From: Candidatus Babeliales bacterium
GTDB lineage: Bacteria; Babelota; Babeliae; Babelales; Vermiphilaceae
Reading direction: 5' to 3'
Length of the DNA stretch: 64,000 bases
NCBI GenBank assembly: GCA_963743635.1
Contig: CAVUQO010000003.1
Location: 32,001-96,000 of the forward strand
A program made the position numbers and the translations under genes. Below are positions 51,791 to 62,018 of this stretch, one piece after another (the first letter of the stretch is position 1; every line of letters begins with the position of its first letter). The notes under the pieces were generated by a model. It ran no database searches and was not told where the DNA came from. It was given only the letters and a program-made list of their open reading frames with translations.

Positions 51791-54424
51791 ATGAATATAG
51801 TCCCTCAAAATCGTGTTGTAAAACGGGTATTATCGAACGGATTGACCGTTTTGGTGTATCGATCTACCAGAATACCAAAAGTGTCCTCTCAGATCTGGTA
51901 TAACGTTGGTTCTAAAAATGAATCAAGTGGTGAGCGAGGACTTGCTCACTTTTTAGAACATCTTGTTTTTAAAGGCACTGAGAAACTTTCCGAGTTAGAT
52001 CTTACTATGATCGCGTACAAATTATCCGGATATTCTAATGCCTTCACTTCATATGATTACACGGGGTATCTCTTTGATTTCCCACGGCAACATTGGGAAA
52101 CGTCGCTCGATCTTTTTGCGGATTGCATGCGTAACTGCACATTTAAAGAAGAATACATTAATTCAGAATTGAAGGCGGTCATTCAAGAGCTAAAGCTTTA
52201 TAAGGACGACTACGTTAGCTCATTAATGGAAGATATGATTTCTATGATCTTTGCCGATCATCCCTATCATTATCCGGTCATTGGGTATAAGCAGGATTTG
52301 TGGTCTATCACGCGTGAATCGGTGATGGCTTTTTATAAAAAGTATTATATTCCTGCGAATGCAACGATTATGATCTTGGGTGATGTAGACCCGGAAGAAG
52401 CATTTGCTGCAGTAGCAAAACGATTTGATGCTATTCCTAGAATAGAACCAGTGCCGCAAATACAAAGTTATTGTAAACAGGATATAACTTCTCGCTCTTT
52501 AACCTTATATCGAGATATAGATCAACCAGTGAGTATGATGGCATTCGTCATTCCAGGCATAAAAGACACAAAAAATGATCTCGCTCTGCTTGCTTCTTGG
52601 ATCATAGCCAATGGAAAAGGTTCTCGCTTATATCGCAAGCTGGTAGATGAGGAAAAATTAGTTTCACATGTAGAGGTAGTACTTGAAAACTTTTTTGAGT
52701 ATGGCGTCTTTTTTATAGGGTTTTACCCTTACAAGCAGGCGGATAATGAGCGCATTATTGCATTGATTAAAAAGGAGCTCGACATTCTCATACGCGACGG
52801 GTTCACCGATGCGGAAATGGCTCGGGCATCAAAAAGAGTGCAAATTAGTTATTTAGCATTGTGCGAAAACAACCAAGAATTTGCGTATGCGATAGCCGAA
52901 ACGTTTTTGGCGACCGGTGATGAGAATTATATCATTGATTATATGAGCTTATTATCAAGAGAGCGTAAAGAGAATGTGCATGCATTTATCAAAGAATATA
53001 TGCGTCCTATTCGTGCGAACACAGGTTTTGTATTGCCTCTTTCTGAATCAGAAGAGAAGGTATGGCTCGCTTTACAAGAAGAGTCAGACAAATTAGATGA
53101 AGAATTTTTATCGAAAAAGATTCGCACGCAACTGGTAGAGCAAAGTGGTGCGGTTGAAAAAGTGCAGATACAAAAAGCGCCTAAATTTAAATTTCCTCAT
53201 CCAGAGCGCATAGATTTGGATAATGGTTTGGGTGTCATTTATCATCAAACTGATCACGCTCAAAAGATAGATCTCATTCTTGATGTAAAGGCATACAATG
53301 CCTATGATCCGCATGATTTGCAGGGATTGCTCTATTTTACGAGTCGTATGGTGCTTGAGGGTACAAAAAATTATTCAGGTCGAGCTCTTGCAGATGAACT
53401 TGAATCGCATGGTATTTTCTTTGATATCAAACCGGGCTTATTTGTGATGAGCATGCTGAGCAGTGATTTTGAAAAGGGGCTTTCATTATTAACCGAAATG
53501 GTCACTAATGCACTCATGGAAGAATCAGCGATTCAAAATGTACGTGCGCAAATAGAAGTGGCATTGAAGAATTATTGGGATGATCCATCACAATTTATCG
53601 ATCAATTAGCGCGGGATATTGTGTATGCAGAGCATCCACATTCCTATAATAGACTCGGCACTATGGAAAGTGTTTTCCGTATTTCGCGTGAAAATATTAT
53701 GGACTGTTATACAAGGATGATGACGCCGCAAGAGGCACGCCTCGTTATAGTTGGTGACATGTCAGGCTATGATGTCAGCGCAATAGTTAAAAAAACAATT
53801 GGCAAATGGCAAGGCCCTCATCTTGAGACGCTCCTCTATCCGATTTTAAGACCGCCTGTTGCTGCGGTAAAAAATTATCCGTTAAATAGAGACCAAGTTA
53901 CTCTTGGTTTTGCAGGACTATCAGTTTCGCGCCTTGATCCTCTTTTTGATCCGCTTCTTTTATTTGATCAAATTTTTGCCGGTGGCGAACTAGGATCTAT
54001 GACTTCTCGTCTTTTTATGTTGCGGGAGCGATCGGGCTTGTTTTATTCAATTGGTGGTTCGCTGCTTAACCAGGCGGGGATTGTGCCAGGTATGATATTT
54101 ATCAATACTCAAGTTTCGCGCGATAGACTGAAAGAGGCGGAAGATGCAATCATAAACCTCTTTAAGCAAGGTACGGCGAATTTGAGTTATGAAGAATTGA
54201 CTCAAGCAAAAAGTGCGGTAATTAATAGCCTAATCGATCATTTTGGATCTAATCTACAAATAGCTATGACATTCTTGCTGATGGATCGATACAATATGCC
54301 GCCTGATTATTTGGATCAACGTGCAGACCTTATTGCACAGGTTACCTGTGATGATGTGATAGAAAGGGTGCAGCCTCTTTTGGATACCAATCATATCGTG
54401 ACGATCCGCATTGGGCGTGTCTAA
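51791..54424 (+). CDS. M16 family zinc peptidase (PqqL-like), no signal peptide
   Basis: LSNGLTV, GLAHFLEHLVFKGT (HxxEH), NAFTSYDYTGY, SRLF.LRERSGLFYS. Confidence 0.92.
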   Translation: MNIVPQNRVVKRVLSNGLTVLVYRSTRIPKVSSQIWYNVGSKNESSGERGLAHFLEHLVFKGTEKLSELDLTMIAYKLSGYSNAFTSYDYTGYLFDFPRQHWETSLDLFADCMRNCTFKEEYINSELKAVIQELKLYKDDYVSSLMEDMISMIFADHPYHYPVIGYKQDLWSITRESVMAFYKKYYIPANATIMILGDVDPEEAFAAVAKRFDAIPRIEPVPQIQSYCKQDITSRSLTLYRDIDQPVSMMAFVIPGIKDTKNDLALLASWIIANGKGSRLYRKLVDEEKLVSHVEVVLENFFEYGVFFIGFYPYKQADNERIIALIKKELDILIRDGFTDAEMARASKRVQISYLALCENNQEFAYAIAETFLATGDENYIIDYMSLLSRERKENVHAFIKEYMRPIRANTGFVLPLSESEEKVWLALQEESDKLDEEFLSKKIRTQLVEQSGAVEKVQIQKAPKFKFPHPERIDLDNGLGVIYHQTDHAQKIDLILDVKAYNAYDPHDLQGLLYFTSRMVLEGTKNYSGRALADELESHGIFFDIKPGLFVMSMLSSDFEKGLSLLTEMVTNALMEESAIQNVRAQIEVALKNYWDDPSQFIDQLARDIVYAEHPHSYNRLGTMESVFRISRENIMDCYTRMMTPQEARLVIVGDMSGYDVSAIVKKTIGKWQGPHLETLLYPILRPPVAAVKNYPLNRDQVTLGFAGLSVSRLDPLFDPLLLFDQIFAGGELGSMTSRLFMLRERSGLFYSIGGSLLNQAGIVPGMIFINTQVSRDRLKEAEDAIINLFKQGTANLSYEELTQAKSAVINSLIDHFGSNLQIAMTFLLMDRYNMPPDYLDQRADLIAQVTCDDVIERVQPLLDTNHIVTIRIGRV

Positions 54425-54494
54425 TATTGTTTTATGGCTGAGCTTTGTTACACTATTTACGCAATAACTTCCAATTTTAAAAGGGATATCTGTA

Positions 54495-57272
54495 ATGAAA
54501 AAAAGGAACATATTTATCGCGTGTGCACTTATGATTTCTGTGATGATGCATGTAAAAACCAACGAAGATGACATTTTTTGTTTAGAACCAGAGGAAGCAA
54601 TGACGAAATCAGTACATAAATATGTTTTAGATAATGGTATGACGATTCTTGTGCGTGTTGTGCGGACATTGCCAAAAGTCTCGATTCAGCTCTTTTATCA
54701 TGTTGGTTCTAAAGATGAAGGTACCGGCGAACGTGGCATTGCTCACTTTATTGAACATTTAATATTTAAGGGTACGAGTGGTAAGAAATCACTCAATCTT
54801 TCTGAATCTGATATTAACGTGCTCTCGCAAATTTTAGCGGCATATACCAATGCATTCACTTCTTATGATTACACCGGATATCTCTTTAACGTGCCAACCC
54901 ATAATTGGACTCAAGTGCTGCCTATTATGGCCGACTGTATGACCAACTGTGCATTCAAAGATGATCATATTAATTCAGAGATGAAAGCGGTCATTCAAGA
55001 ACTTAAGATGGGTAGAGATAATTATACGCGCGATCTGATGTTTGAAATGGTTGGTACCATTTTCGCAGATCATCCATATCATCATCCGGTTATTGGGTAT
55101 AAGCAAGATTTGTGGAGCATTGATAGCGAAGGATTGCGGGAGTTCTATAAGAAACACTATTTACCAAATAATGCTTTTCTTGTGGTAGTTGGCGACGTTG
55201 ATCCTGAAGCTGTGCGAGATGAAGCGAATAAGGCATTTGGTCACATTAAACCCGATCATAATTATAAAAAACAAACATTCTTCCATAGTAAAAATATCGC
55301 TTCAAAATCAATCACTCTTTATCGTGATATTCAGCAACCAGAAGTGCTTTTGGCATACGTAGTTCCCGGTGAAAATGCTAAGAAAAATGCAATTTTAGAT
55401 GTTATAAACTACGTGCTCTTTGCAGGCAAGAGTTCTCGATTGTATAAAAAATTAATCGATGATTCACAACTGGTGACGGGGCTTTCAGCGGGGAATTGGG
55501 CCCTTTTTGAGCATGGACTTTTCTTTGTTCAGTTTGATCCTAAAAATGTGGCTGATATCGATAAAATTACCAAAATCATTAATGATGAAATAGCATCAAT
55601 CATTAAAAATGGTATCACCGCTAAAGAATTAGAGAGCGCGACCAAAAAGGCTCGTATGAAATATTACGGACTTCTGGAGAACATACAGACTCAAGCATAC
55701 GATATCGGCAAATCATTCCTAGCAACGGGTGATGAAGAATACGTATTAAATTATCTTCAAGAACCATCTGAAGAGCTTGCGCAGGAAGTGCGTGAAATGT
55801 TGGCGCAATACTTTAGACCATCAGTGGTTCATAAAGGAGTGATATTGCCATTACCAGATGAAGAGCGCCAAGCCTGGACGCATATTCAGGAGTCATCAGA
55901 TATGGAAGATAAACGGATTCTGAGCGCGCGCGAGCGTACGTCTCCGGTTGAAGAACCGTCTTTTGCTAAAAAAATAGTGCCTGCTGAGCAAAAAGAATTC
56001 AATTATCCTAAACCTGAAACGTTTATGCTCAGCAATGGGGCAAAAGTTCTTTATCATCACACTGATACTACGCCTAAAATTAATCTGATTATCGATCTCA
56101 AAGCTGCCGATTATTATGATCCGGAAGATAAGCAGGGCCTCTTTGGGTTTGTATCACGCATGCTTACTGAGGGCACTAAGAAATATACTGGCGCAGAACT
56201 CGCGGAAGAGTTGGAATCGCGCGGAATGTCATTCTCGGCGCATCCTGGCGGAGTTATGATGAGCATGCTCTCAGAAGATCTTGAAAAAGGCTTAGAGTTG
56301 CTTGAAGAAATTTTGAATAACGCAACTTTCGATAAAGATGCGATTGAAAAAATTAGAGCGCAATTGCTTGCGGATGTGAAAAGCTTCTGGGATGATCCTA
56401 AAATGTTCGCAAAGCAATTAGTGCGCGAGCAGATCTATAAAGGTCATCCATATGCAAAAAATAGCCTTGGAACAAAAGAGTCTATTGAAAGCATTACGCG
56501 CGAAGATCTCGTTAATTTTTACAAGAAATACGTTCGCCCAGATGGTGCAAAAATTGCCATAGTTGGTGACATAAAAGGATATAATCTTAAAGATGTATTC
56601 AAACATACACTCGGCAAATGGCGCGGTGAGCCGGTGGAAGAAATGAAGTTCCCAGCGTTAAAGCCATGCGAACTTTCAGATTATAATTATCCGATTAACC
56701 GTGATCAGGTTGTACTCTCATTTGTGGGACTTTCAATTGATCGCAAGCATCCTGATTATGATAAGTGCGTACTCTTTGATCAGATCTTTAGCGGAAGATC
56801 ATTGATGTCTATGCATTCGCGTCTATTCCAGCTGCGTGAACAATCAGGTTTATTCTATTCAATTGGTGGTAGCGTCGTGGCTAATGCAAATGAGCAGCCG
56901 GGCATGGTGCAGATAACCACAATGGTATCTCTCGATCGACTCGCTGAAGCTGAAAAAGTGATTAAAGAAACGCTTGATACGGTGCTTGATACTATTCAAC
57001 CGTATGAACTGGATCAGGCGCGTAATGCGATTATCACTTCAATTATCAACAATTTTGAGTCTAACTTTAGCATTGCAAACACGTTCCTATTCTTGGAACG
57101 CTATGGATTTGATTACGATTATTTCGATAAACGTAACGCGCAATATAAAGCAATTAGCCTTGAAGAGATGAAGAAAGCAGTACAATCCATTTTGGATAAA
57201 GCTCCGCTTACCACCTTCCGCATCGGCCGTGTTGAGCAACTGAAGAAACAAAGAGTCCAAGAACAAGATTAA
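54495..57272 (+). CDS. M16 family zinc peptidase (PqqL-like), possible signal peptide
   Basis: GIAHFIEHLIFKGT (HxxEH); full-length paralog of 51791. Confidence 0.92.
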   Translation: MKKRNIFIACALMISVMMHVKTNEDDIFCLEPEEAMTKSVHKYVLDNGMTILVRVVRTLPKVSIQLFYHVGSKDEGTGERGIAHFIEHLIFKGTSGKKSLNLSESDINVLSQILAAYTNAFTSYDYTGYLFNVPTHNWTQVLPIMADCMTNCAFKDDHINSEMKAVIQELKMGRDNYTRDLMFEMVGTIFADHPYHHPVIGYKQDLWSIDSEGLREFYKKHYLPNNAFLVVVGDVDPEAVRDEANKAFGHIKPDHNYKKQTFFHSKNIASKSITLYRDIQQPEVLLAYVVPGENAKKNAILDVINYVLFAGKSSRLYKKLIDDSQLVTGLSAGNWALFEHGLFFVQFDPKNVADIDKITKIINDEIASIIKNGITAKELESATKKARMKYYGLLENIQTQAYDIGKSFLATGDEEYVLNYLQEPSEELAQEVREMLAQYFRPSVVHKGVILPLPDEERQAWTHIQESSDMEDKRILSARERTSPVEEPSFAKKIVPAEQKEFNYPKPETFMLSNGAKVLYHHTDTTPKINLIIDLKAADYYDPEDKQGLFGFVSRMLTEGTKKYTGAELAEELESRGMSFSAHPGGVMMSMLSEDLEKGLELLEEILNNATFDKDAIEKIRAQLLADVKSFWDDPKMFAKQLVREQIYKGHPYAKNSLGTKESIESITREDLVNFYKKYVRPDGAKIAIVGDIKGYNLKDVFKHTLGKWRGEPVEEMKFPALKPCELSDYNYPINRDQVVLSFVGLSIDRKHPDYDKCVLFDQIFSGRSLMSMHSRLFQLREQSGLFYSIGGSVVANANEQPGMVQITTMVSLDRLAEAEKVIKETLDTVLDTIQPYELDQARNAIITSIINNFESNFSIANTFLFLERYGFDYDYFDKRNAQYKAISLEEMKKAVQSILDKAPLTTFRIGRVEQLKKQRVQEQD

Positions 57273-57300
57273 ATAGCCTCCTTACTACAAAGAACAAACA

Positions 57301-58005
57301 ATGATGAAATATGGATTAATGTTGAGCTTGATCGTGAGTACAAGTTTATCAGCGATGGAAGTACGTAAAGATCTTCAGGGTTTAACGTATGAACAACTCA
57401 AACAGCGAGAACGAGAGAACGAAGGGCGAGAAAGAGTGTTTCAGCGAAAATATGCTCATGATGCATGGCGTTATGATGATAATATTAAGAAAGAAAGAGA
57501 TGCTATTTATAATGAGGGGCGTGCATTAAGAACTGCAATTATGATGGGCGGAGTTATACCCCGAGAGCTCATTAAACCACATAGTGCTGCCAAGAATCAA
57601 CCGGTTGTGAATGATTTTGATGGCGATGATGAGGATATTATATTTACTCAAAAACCTCCATTAAAGCGATCTCCTAGTTTTCTTGAGGACAATGATAAGG
57701 CAGCTGATAAAACAGTAGAATCCAACTCAAAGACGGTGGCTAAGGCATTAACTTTTGAAGAGATTTTTAACGCCAACAGTGTACAAAAACCAAAAAAAAT
57801 AAAAATTGCAGATCAGGATGAAGATAGTTTGAAATCGAAAGTAGCTGCTTTGCAGGCCAAGCAAGATGAACTTCTTTCTTTAAGCACTCAAGACAAGAAT
57901 GAGTTAGCGCAAATGGCAGATCGATTAGATGCAATTGGAGATGAGTTATACGCGCTTCAAGAGCAATTAAAAGCATTGCGTAACAATGTAAATTCAAGAT
58001 TATAA
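57301..58005 (+). CDS. Secreted coiled-coil hypothetical protein
   Basis: Signal peptide ...TSLSA|ME; C-terminal heptads. Confidence 0.7.
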   Translation: MMKYGLMLSLIVSTSLSAMEVRKDLQGLTYEQLKQRERENEGRERVFQRKYAHDAWRYDDNIKKERDAIYNEGRALRTAIMMGGVIPRELIKPHSAAKNQPVVNDFDGDDEDIIFTQKPPLKRSPSFLEDNDKAADKTVESNSKTVAKALTFEEIFNANSVQKPKKIKIADQDEDSLKSKVAALQAKQDELLSLSTQDKNELAQMADRLDAIGDELYALQEQLKALRNNVNSRL

Positions 58006-58016
58006 AGGGACGTAAA

Positions 58017-58307
58017 ATGGTTAAATATGGGATGATACTGGGCTTGATTATAAGCTCAGTGCTTTGTTTTGCCGCTGATAAACCAAAATGCGATACTTGC
58101 AAATTACATAGAACAGGGACAAATGAGAACGATAATTCTAAGAGGGAAGAGGCTCTATTCTCAGCTCTATCAGATGTTAAAACCAAGCTAAGCAATACTA
58201 CGGATGCGAATGAGCAGAAAAAACTTAAACAGGGGCAAGAAAAGCTTAAGATTCAGCTGGGCCAACTGCTATTGCAATCTTTAGATGAACATGAGGACGC
58301 AAAATAA
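58017..58307 (+). CDS. Small secreted hypothetical protein (CxxC, coiled coil)
   Basis: Signal peptide MVKYGMILGLIISSVLCFA resembles that of 57301. Confidence 0.65.
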   Translation: MVKYGMILGLIISSVLCFAADKPKCDTCKLHRTGTNENDNSKREEALFSALSDVKTKLSNTTDANEQKKLKQGQEKLKIQLGQLLLQSLDEHEDAK

Positions 58308-58864
58308 TGATGAAATATCTAGTAACTGCAAGCATAATGAGCTCAAGCATATTAGTTGCAGGCATACCCAATAATCTTTTATCTATGGCGTCAGCATTGC
58401 GTGCAGTTGCGGCATCTCGGAACTCAGTTCGAGCGTACAGCGCCAATCCAGAAAGAACTATAGATAGTCTCTTGCAGCAAGAAAACATGATTGTGCATGA
58501 AATAAATAAGCTTGAAAAAATGATGGGATATTGGATGGATCGGGAGATCGGGGAGCAATGCCTTAACCCTGGTAAATCATACTCCTATGAAATAAAAGTT
58601 TGTGCAGAAAAGAGAGAAAATCTACGTAAAAAACATGATTCAGTGACAAAAAAAATCTCCAAGAAAATTGAAGAAATGTATGACCAAAAAGATGAAGAAA
58701 GCCATTTACTGAAAAATCTTGGAGTATTAGATAGTCAATATCAGGTTGCTTGTCGAGAAGAGGATGACGGGTTTGATTTTACAAGATTTGACATTGAACG
58801 CAGAATTTTGTGTGAGAAAATCGATGCGTTAAAAAAAGAAAGATATTCAAACCCTCGTGGTTAA
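58307..58864 (+). CDS. Hypothetical coiled-coil protein
   Basis: Translationally coupled to 58017; MMKY N-terminus with a hydrophobic stretch. Confidence 0.65.
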   Translation: MMKYLVTASIMSSSILVAGIPNNLLSMASALRAVAASRNSVRAYSANPERTIDSLLQQENMIVHEINKLEKMMGYWMDREIGEQCLNPGKSYSYEIKVCAEKRENLRKKHDSVTKKISKKIEEMYDQKDEESHLLKNLGVLDSQYQVACREEDDGFDFTRFDIERRILCEKIDALKKERYSNPRG

Positions 58865-59766
58865 ATCAACTGCTTTAACGAATTCGCTGATTTTTCCAAT
58901 AACTTCTTTTCCTCATCATTCAATTTAATATCAATGCGACGTTCGACGCCACGCCTTCCCAACACCACCGGCATATTCAGGCATAGTTTGAATTCTTCGA
59001 TGTAGGTCGAGACCGGCACAATCAAATGCTGATTAAATAACACACACTCGCAGAGAGCCGCTACGCAGGCAGCAACGCCAAAGAACGTAGCGCCTTTGCA
59101 TTTAATGATCTCATATGCTTTGTTTTTGGTTTGTTCTGCCATGTCATCAAGATCTTTTTTATTGATCCCTGGATATTCAAGGAGTGGCACGCAACCAACA
59201 TAGGCGCACGACCATGCAGGAAATTGCGTATCGCCATGCTCGCCCAAGATATATGTGCTGATCGATCGTTCTGAGATGGTTAGCTTGTTTGCGAGAGTTA
59301 CATTTATGCGTTGCGAATCGAGCATGGTGCCAGAGCCTATGATTTGGGTGCGCGGAATATTTGCAATGTTTTGCGCAAGAAGGGTCATGATATCAACGGG
59401 ATTGGTAACCATGATGATAATGGTTTCAGGATTGAGAGGCGTAATCGATTTCATAACCGAGCTAATAATCCCGCGATTTTTGGCAACCAATTCGGTGCGC
59501 GTTTGATCCGGTTTTTGTGCGACGCCCGCTGCGATAATAATAATATCTGCATCTTTGGTATCATCCACTGAACCAATACGAATATCTGAAGAACTATGAA
59601 ATGAGAGTGCATCTGAAAGATCGAGCACCTCTCCCGAGCAACGCACTTCATCGATATCGATTAACACAATTTCGGCTGCAATATTTTTAAGTAAGATAGC
59701 ATAGGCTGTTGTTGCTCCAACGGAACCGGCGCCAATAATAGCTATTTTTGAAGATTTCATAATCAT
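58861..59766 (-). CDS. ldh: L-lactate dehydrogenase
   Basis: IIGAGSVG, specificity loop GVAQKPDQTR (Gln, LDH type), VTNPVD, GSGTMLDSQR, LGEHGD. Confidence 0.88.
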   Translation of the reverse strand: MIMKSSKIAIIGAGSVGATTAYAILLKNIAAEIVLIDIDEVRCSGEVLDLSDALSFHSSSDIRIGSVDDTKDADIIIIAAGVAQKPDQTRTELVAKNRGIISSVMKSITPLNPETIIIMVTNPVDIMTLLAQNIANIPRTQIIGSGTMLDSQRINVTLANKLTISERSISTYILGEHGDTQFPAWSCAYVGCVPLLEYPGINKKDLDDMAEQTKNKAYEIIKCKGATFFGVAACVAALCECVLFNQHLIVPVSTYIEEFKLCLNMPVVLGRRGVERRIDIKLNDEEKKLLEKSANSLKQLI

Positions 59767-59964
59767 CCTTTTTTGACTTTATTCAACATTTAATAGTTTT
59801 TAACAATTTTTTATAAATTTTTAATACAATTCTATTGTTATCACAAAAAAATACCTTACAATAATCATATTATTGAGATCAAATGCTAATCTTTGAAAAT
59901 TCTTAATAAAAGCAGATTTATAAAAGAGATATAGAAACTATTAATCCTAATAAGGAGGCTACCC

Positions 59965-60039
59965 ATGGCAGATAAAAAGAAAAAACCAGCAGCTAAACCA
60001 GCAGCTAAAAAAGATGACAAAAACAAGAAGAAGAAATAG
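59965..60039 (+). CDS. 24-aa Lys-rich microprotein MADKKKKPAAKPAAKKDDKNKKKK, copy 1 (histone-H1-like)
   Basis: TAAGGAGG RBS; same peptide as copy 2 with only synonymous differences; too short for the ORF track. Confidence 0.85.
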   Translation: MADKKKKPAAKPAAKKDDKNKKKK

Positions 60040-60073
60040 TCAGACATAACCAATTATTGCTAGGAGGATTCCC

Positions 60074-60148
60074 ATGGCAGATAAGAAGAAAAAGCCAGCA
60101 GCTAAACCAGCGGCTAAAAAAGACGACAAAAACAAAAAGAAGAAGTAA
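60074..60148 (+). CDS. 24-aa Lys-rich microprotein, copy 2
   Basis: AGGAGG RBS; same peptide as copy 1. Confidence 0.85.
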   Translation: MADKKKKPAAKPAAKKDDKNKKKK

Positions 60149-60151
60149 ATT

Positions 60152-60197
60152 CAGCCTTCGTTTATCCAGGCCTTCTGGCTTGGCAAACTACGGCGTG
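60152..60197. repeat. Dispersed REP-like palindromic element, copy B
   Basis: Aligns with 754-799. Confidence 0.65.
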
Positions 60198-60210
60198 ACT
60201 TAATTTTTTT

Positions 60211-60247
60211 AAAATACGGGCGGCATAAAAACTGCCCGTATTTTTTT
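60211..60247 (+). terminator. Intrinsic terminator after the microprotein pair
   Basis: AAAATACGGGCGG/CTGCCCGTATTTT plus further Ts. Confidence 0.75.
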
Positions 60248-60264
60248 AACCATTAAAAATCTAT

Positions 60265-61086
60265 ATGAACATCACCAAGCAAAAATTATTATCATTCCGA
60301 GATTTTATCTGGGCCTTCTATGAAAAAGAAGGAAGAAGATTTGAGTGGCGCAATGTAGATAATCCATACTACGTTCTAGTATCGGAAATCATGCTCCAAC
60401 AAACCCAGACCTATCGGGTTGAGCCCAAATATCAGGCATTTATAGCAGAGTTTCCTAATTTTGAAGCACTTGCGCAGGCATCATTGCGCGATGTGCTCGG
60501 CATGTGGCAGGGGTTGGGGTATAATCGACGTGGAAAATTTCTACATCAAACCGCTCAACGCGTGGTGCAAGAGTATGCGGGAAATCTACCCGATGACCCT
60601 GAACTGCTTGTCACTTTCCCCGGCATTGGAAAAAACACCGCCGGATCTGTTACCGCATTTGCATTCAATAAGCCGACCGTTTTTATTGAGACCAATATTC
60701 GCACGGTTTTTATTCATTCATTTTTTAAAAATCAAGAATCGGTCCACGATAATCTCATCTTACCGCTTGTAGAGCAAACGGTTGATCAGGATAATCCGCG
60801 CGAATGGTATTACGCGCTCATGGATTATGGCGTGCATCTTAAAAAATCGATGCCCAACCCAAGCCGCCGCAGCAAGCATCACGTTATACAATCTAAATTT
60901 GAAGGCTCAGATCGACAAATTCGCGGCGCAATCATTCGTGCGCTCGTCGAGCGTCCCTCGCTCTCTGAATCAGAATTGAGCATTATCTGCAAGAATGATG
61001 CACGGGTATCCAACATCATCCAGGAACTGGAGCAAGAGCAATTGATCGAACGTAAAAATGATATGTTTTGCATTCGCAATGCATGA
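60265..61086 (+). CDS. mutY: A/G-specific adenine glycosylase (short MutY-like, no Fe-S Cys motif)
   Basis: PYYVLVSEIMLQQTQ, WQGLGYNRR, HhH FPGIGKNTA, ETNIR, ALMDYG. Confidence 0.85.
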   Translation: MNITKQKLLSFRDFIWAFYEKEGRRFEWRNVDNPYYVLVSEIMLQQTQTYRVEPKYQAFIAEFPNFEALAQASLRDVLGMWQGLGYNRRGKFLHQTAQRVVQEYAGNLPDDPELLVTFPGIGKNTAGSVTAFAFNKPTVFIETNIRTVFIHSFFKNQESVHDNLILPLVEQTVDQDNPREWYYALMDYGVHLKKSMPNPSRRSKHHVIQSKFEGSDRQIRGAIIRALVERPSLSESELSIICKNDARVSNIIQELEQEQLIERKNDMFCIRNA

Positions 61087-61151
61087 AAAAATGCGCCGAT
61101 TTTACTCAGCGCATTTTCATTTTCTTAGATATAAAACAAGAGCTTCTTGTT

Positions 61152-62018
61152 TTACACGCCCCGATAAAGGGTCATTCTATAATTGTGATTCAGTTGGTCT
61201 AACAATGTTTTGTTTTTGGTGTTGCGGTATTGAACGCATGCTTGGTATAAAAGGTAAGTAGACATTTGGCTAGCGGTTGAGGGATCAAGATGTGAGAATC
61301 TTTGTGCTATTAATGTTGCTATATTTGCGCGTGTACATTGCAATTGGGCGCTTTTTAATCGTGCCAATTGCGCATCTAGCCGCGCATCGGATATTGGCCC
61401 TGAAGAAGAAAAGACTATATTTTTTTTAGCGTATTTTCTGTAGGCATCGATAAATTCAGATCTAATTTCATCAGGTGTACTACTATCACGGTGAGAGGCT
61501 GCAACAACAGTTTGTACCAAAAGAACATCCACAGCTCTCCCTTTTAGGTCGGACACTTCTTCTATACGATTAGGCCAATTCCCCTTTGCTCGTTCTTGTA
61601 TATAAAAATCCCGCGTTTCGATTTTTTTACGGTCTTTATCATCTATGTCAAAGTGTCCAGATATTCCTTCGCAAGGATCACTGCAATGATATATCATAGG
61701 CATTGTATATACCGTTTTACCGATTTTATAAACCCTTAATTTGCCGAAATCATCCGTATAATTTACATCCGCCAAGCTACCTACAATCTGTTGCATATCG
61801 CCTTCAAATGCTGCTTGTACTTGTTGAGTTAAATCGGCTTTATTTTGCGCGATTTGGGCGGCTAGCTGGGCTGCATGTGTCTCAAAAGGCGACGACTCGG
61901 CATGGGGCGATCGCACGACGGAACAATCTTCCTCGTCAGTTCTAAATGCACTCATGGCCTGCGTGTTGACTGCACCAGCTAAGAGATATGCTATCGCAAA
62001 GTATTTGATAGATTTCAT
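61152..62018 (-). CDS. Secreted hypothetical protein
   Basis: AAGGA RBS; signal peptide ...VNTQA|MS. Confidence 0.7.
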   Translation of the reverse strand: MKSIKYFAIAYLLAGAVNTQAMSAFRTDEEDCSVVRSPHAESSPFETHAAQLAAQIAQNKADLTQQVQAAFEGDMQQIVGSLADVNYTDDFGKLRVYKIGKTVYTMPMIYHCSDPCEGISGHFDIDDKDRKKIETRDFYIQERAKGNWPNRIEEVSDLKGRAVDVLLVQTVVAASHRDSSTPDEIRSEFIDAYRKYAKKNIVFSSSGPISDARLDAQLARLKSAQLQCTRANIATLIAQRFSHLDPSTASQMSTYLLYQACVQYRNTKNKTLLDQLNHNYRMTLYRGV

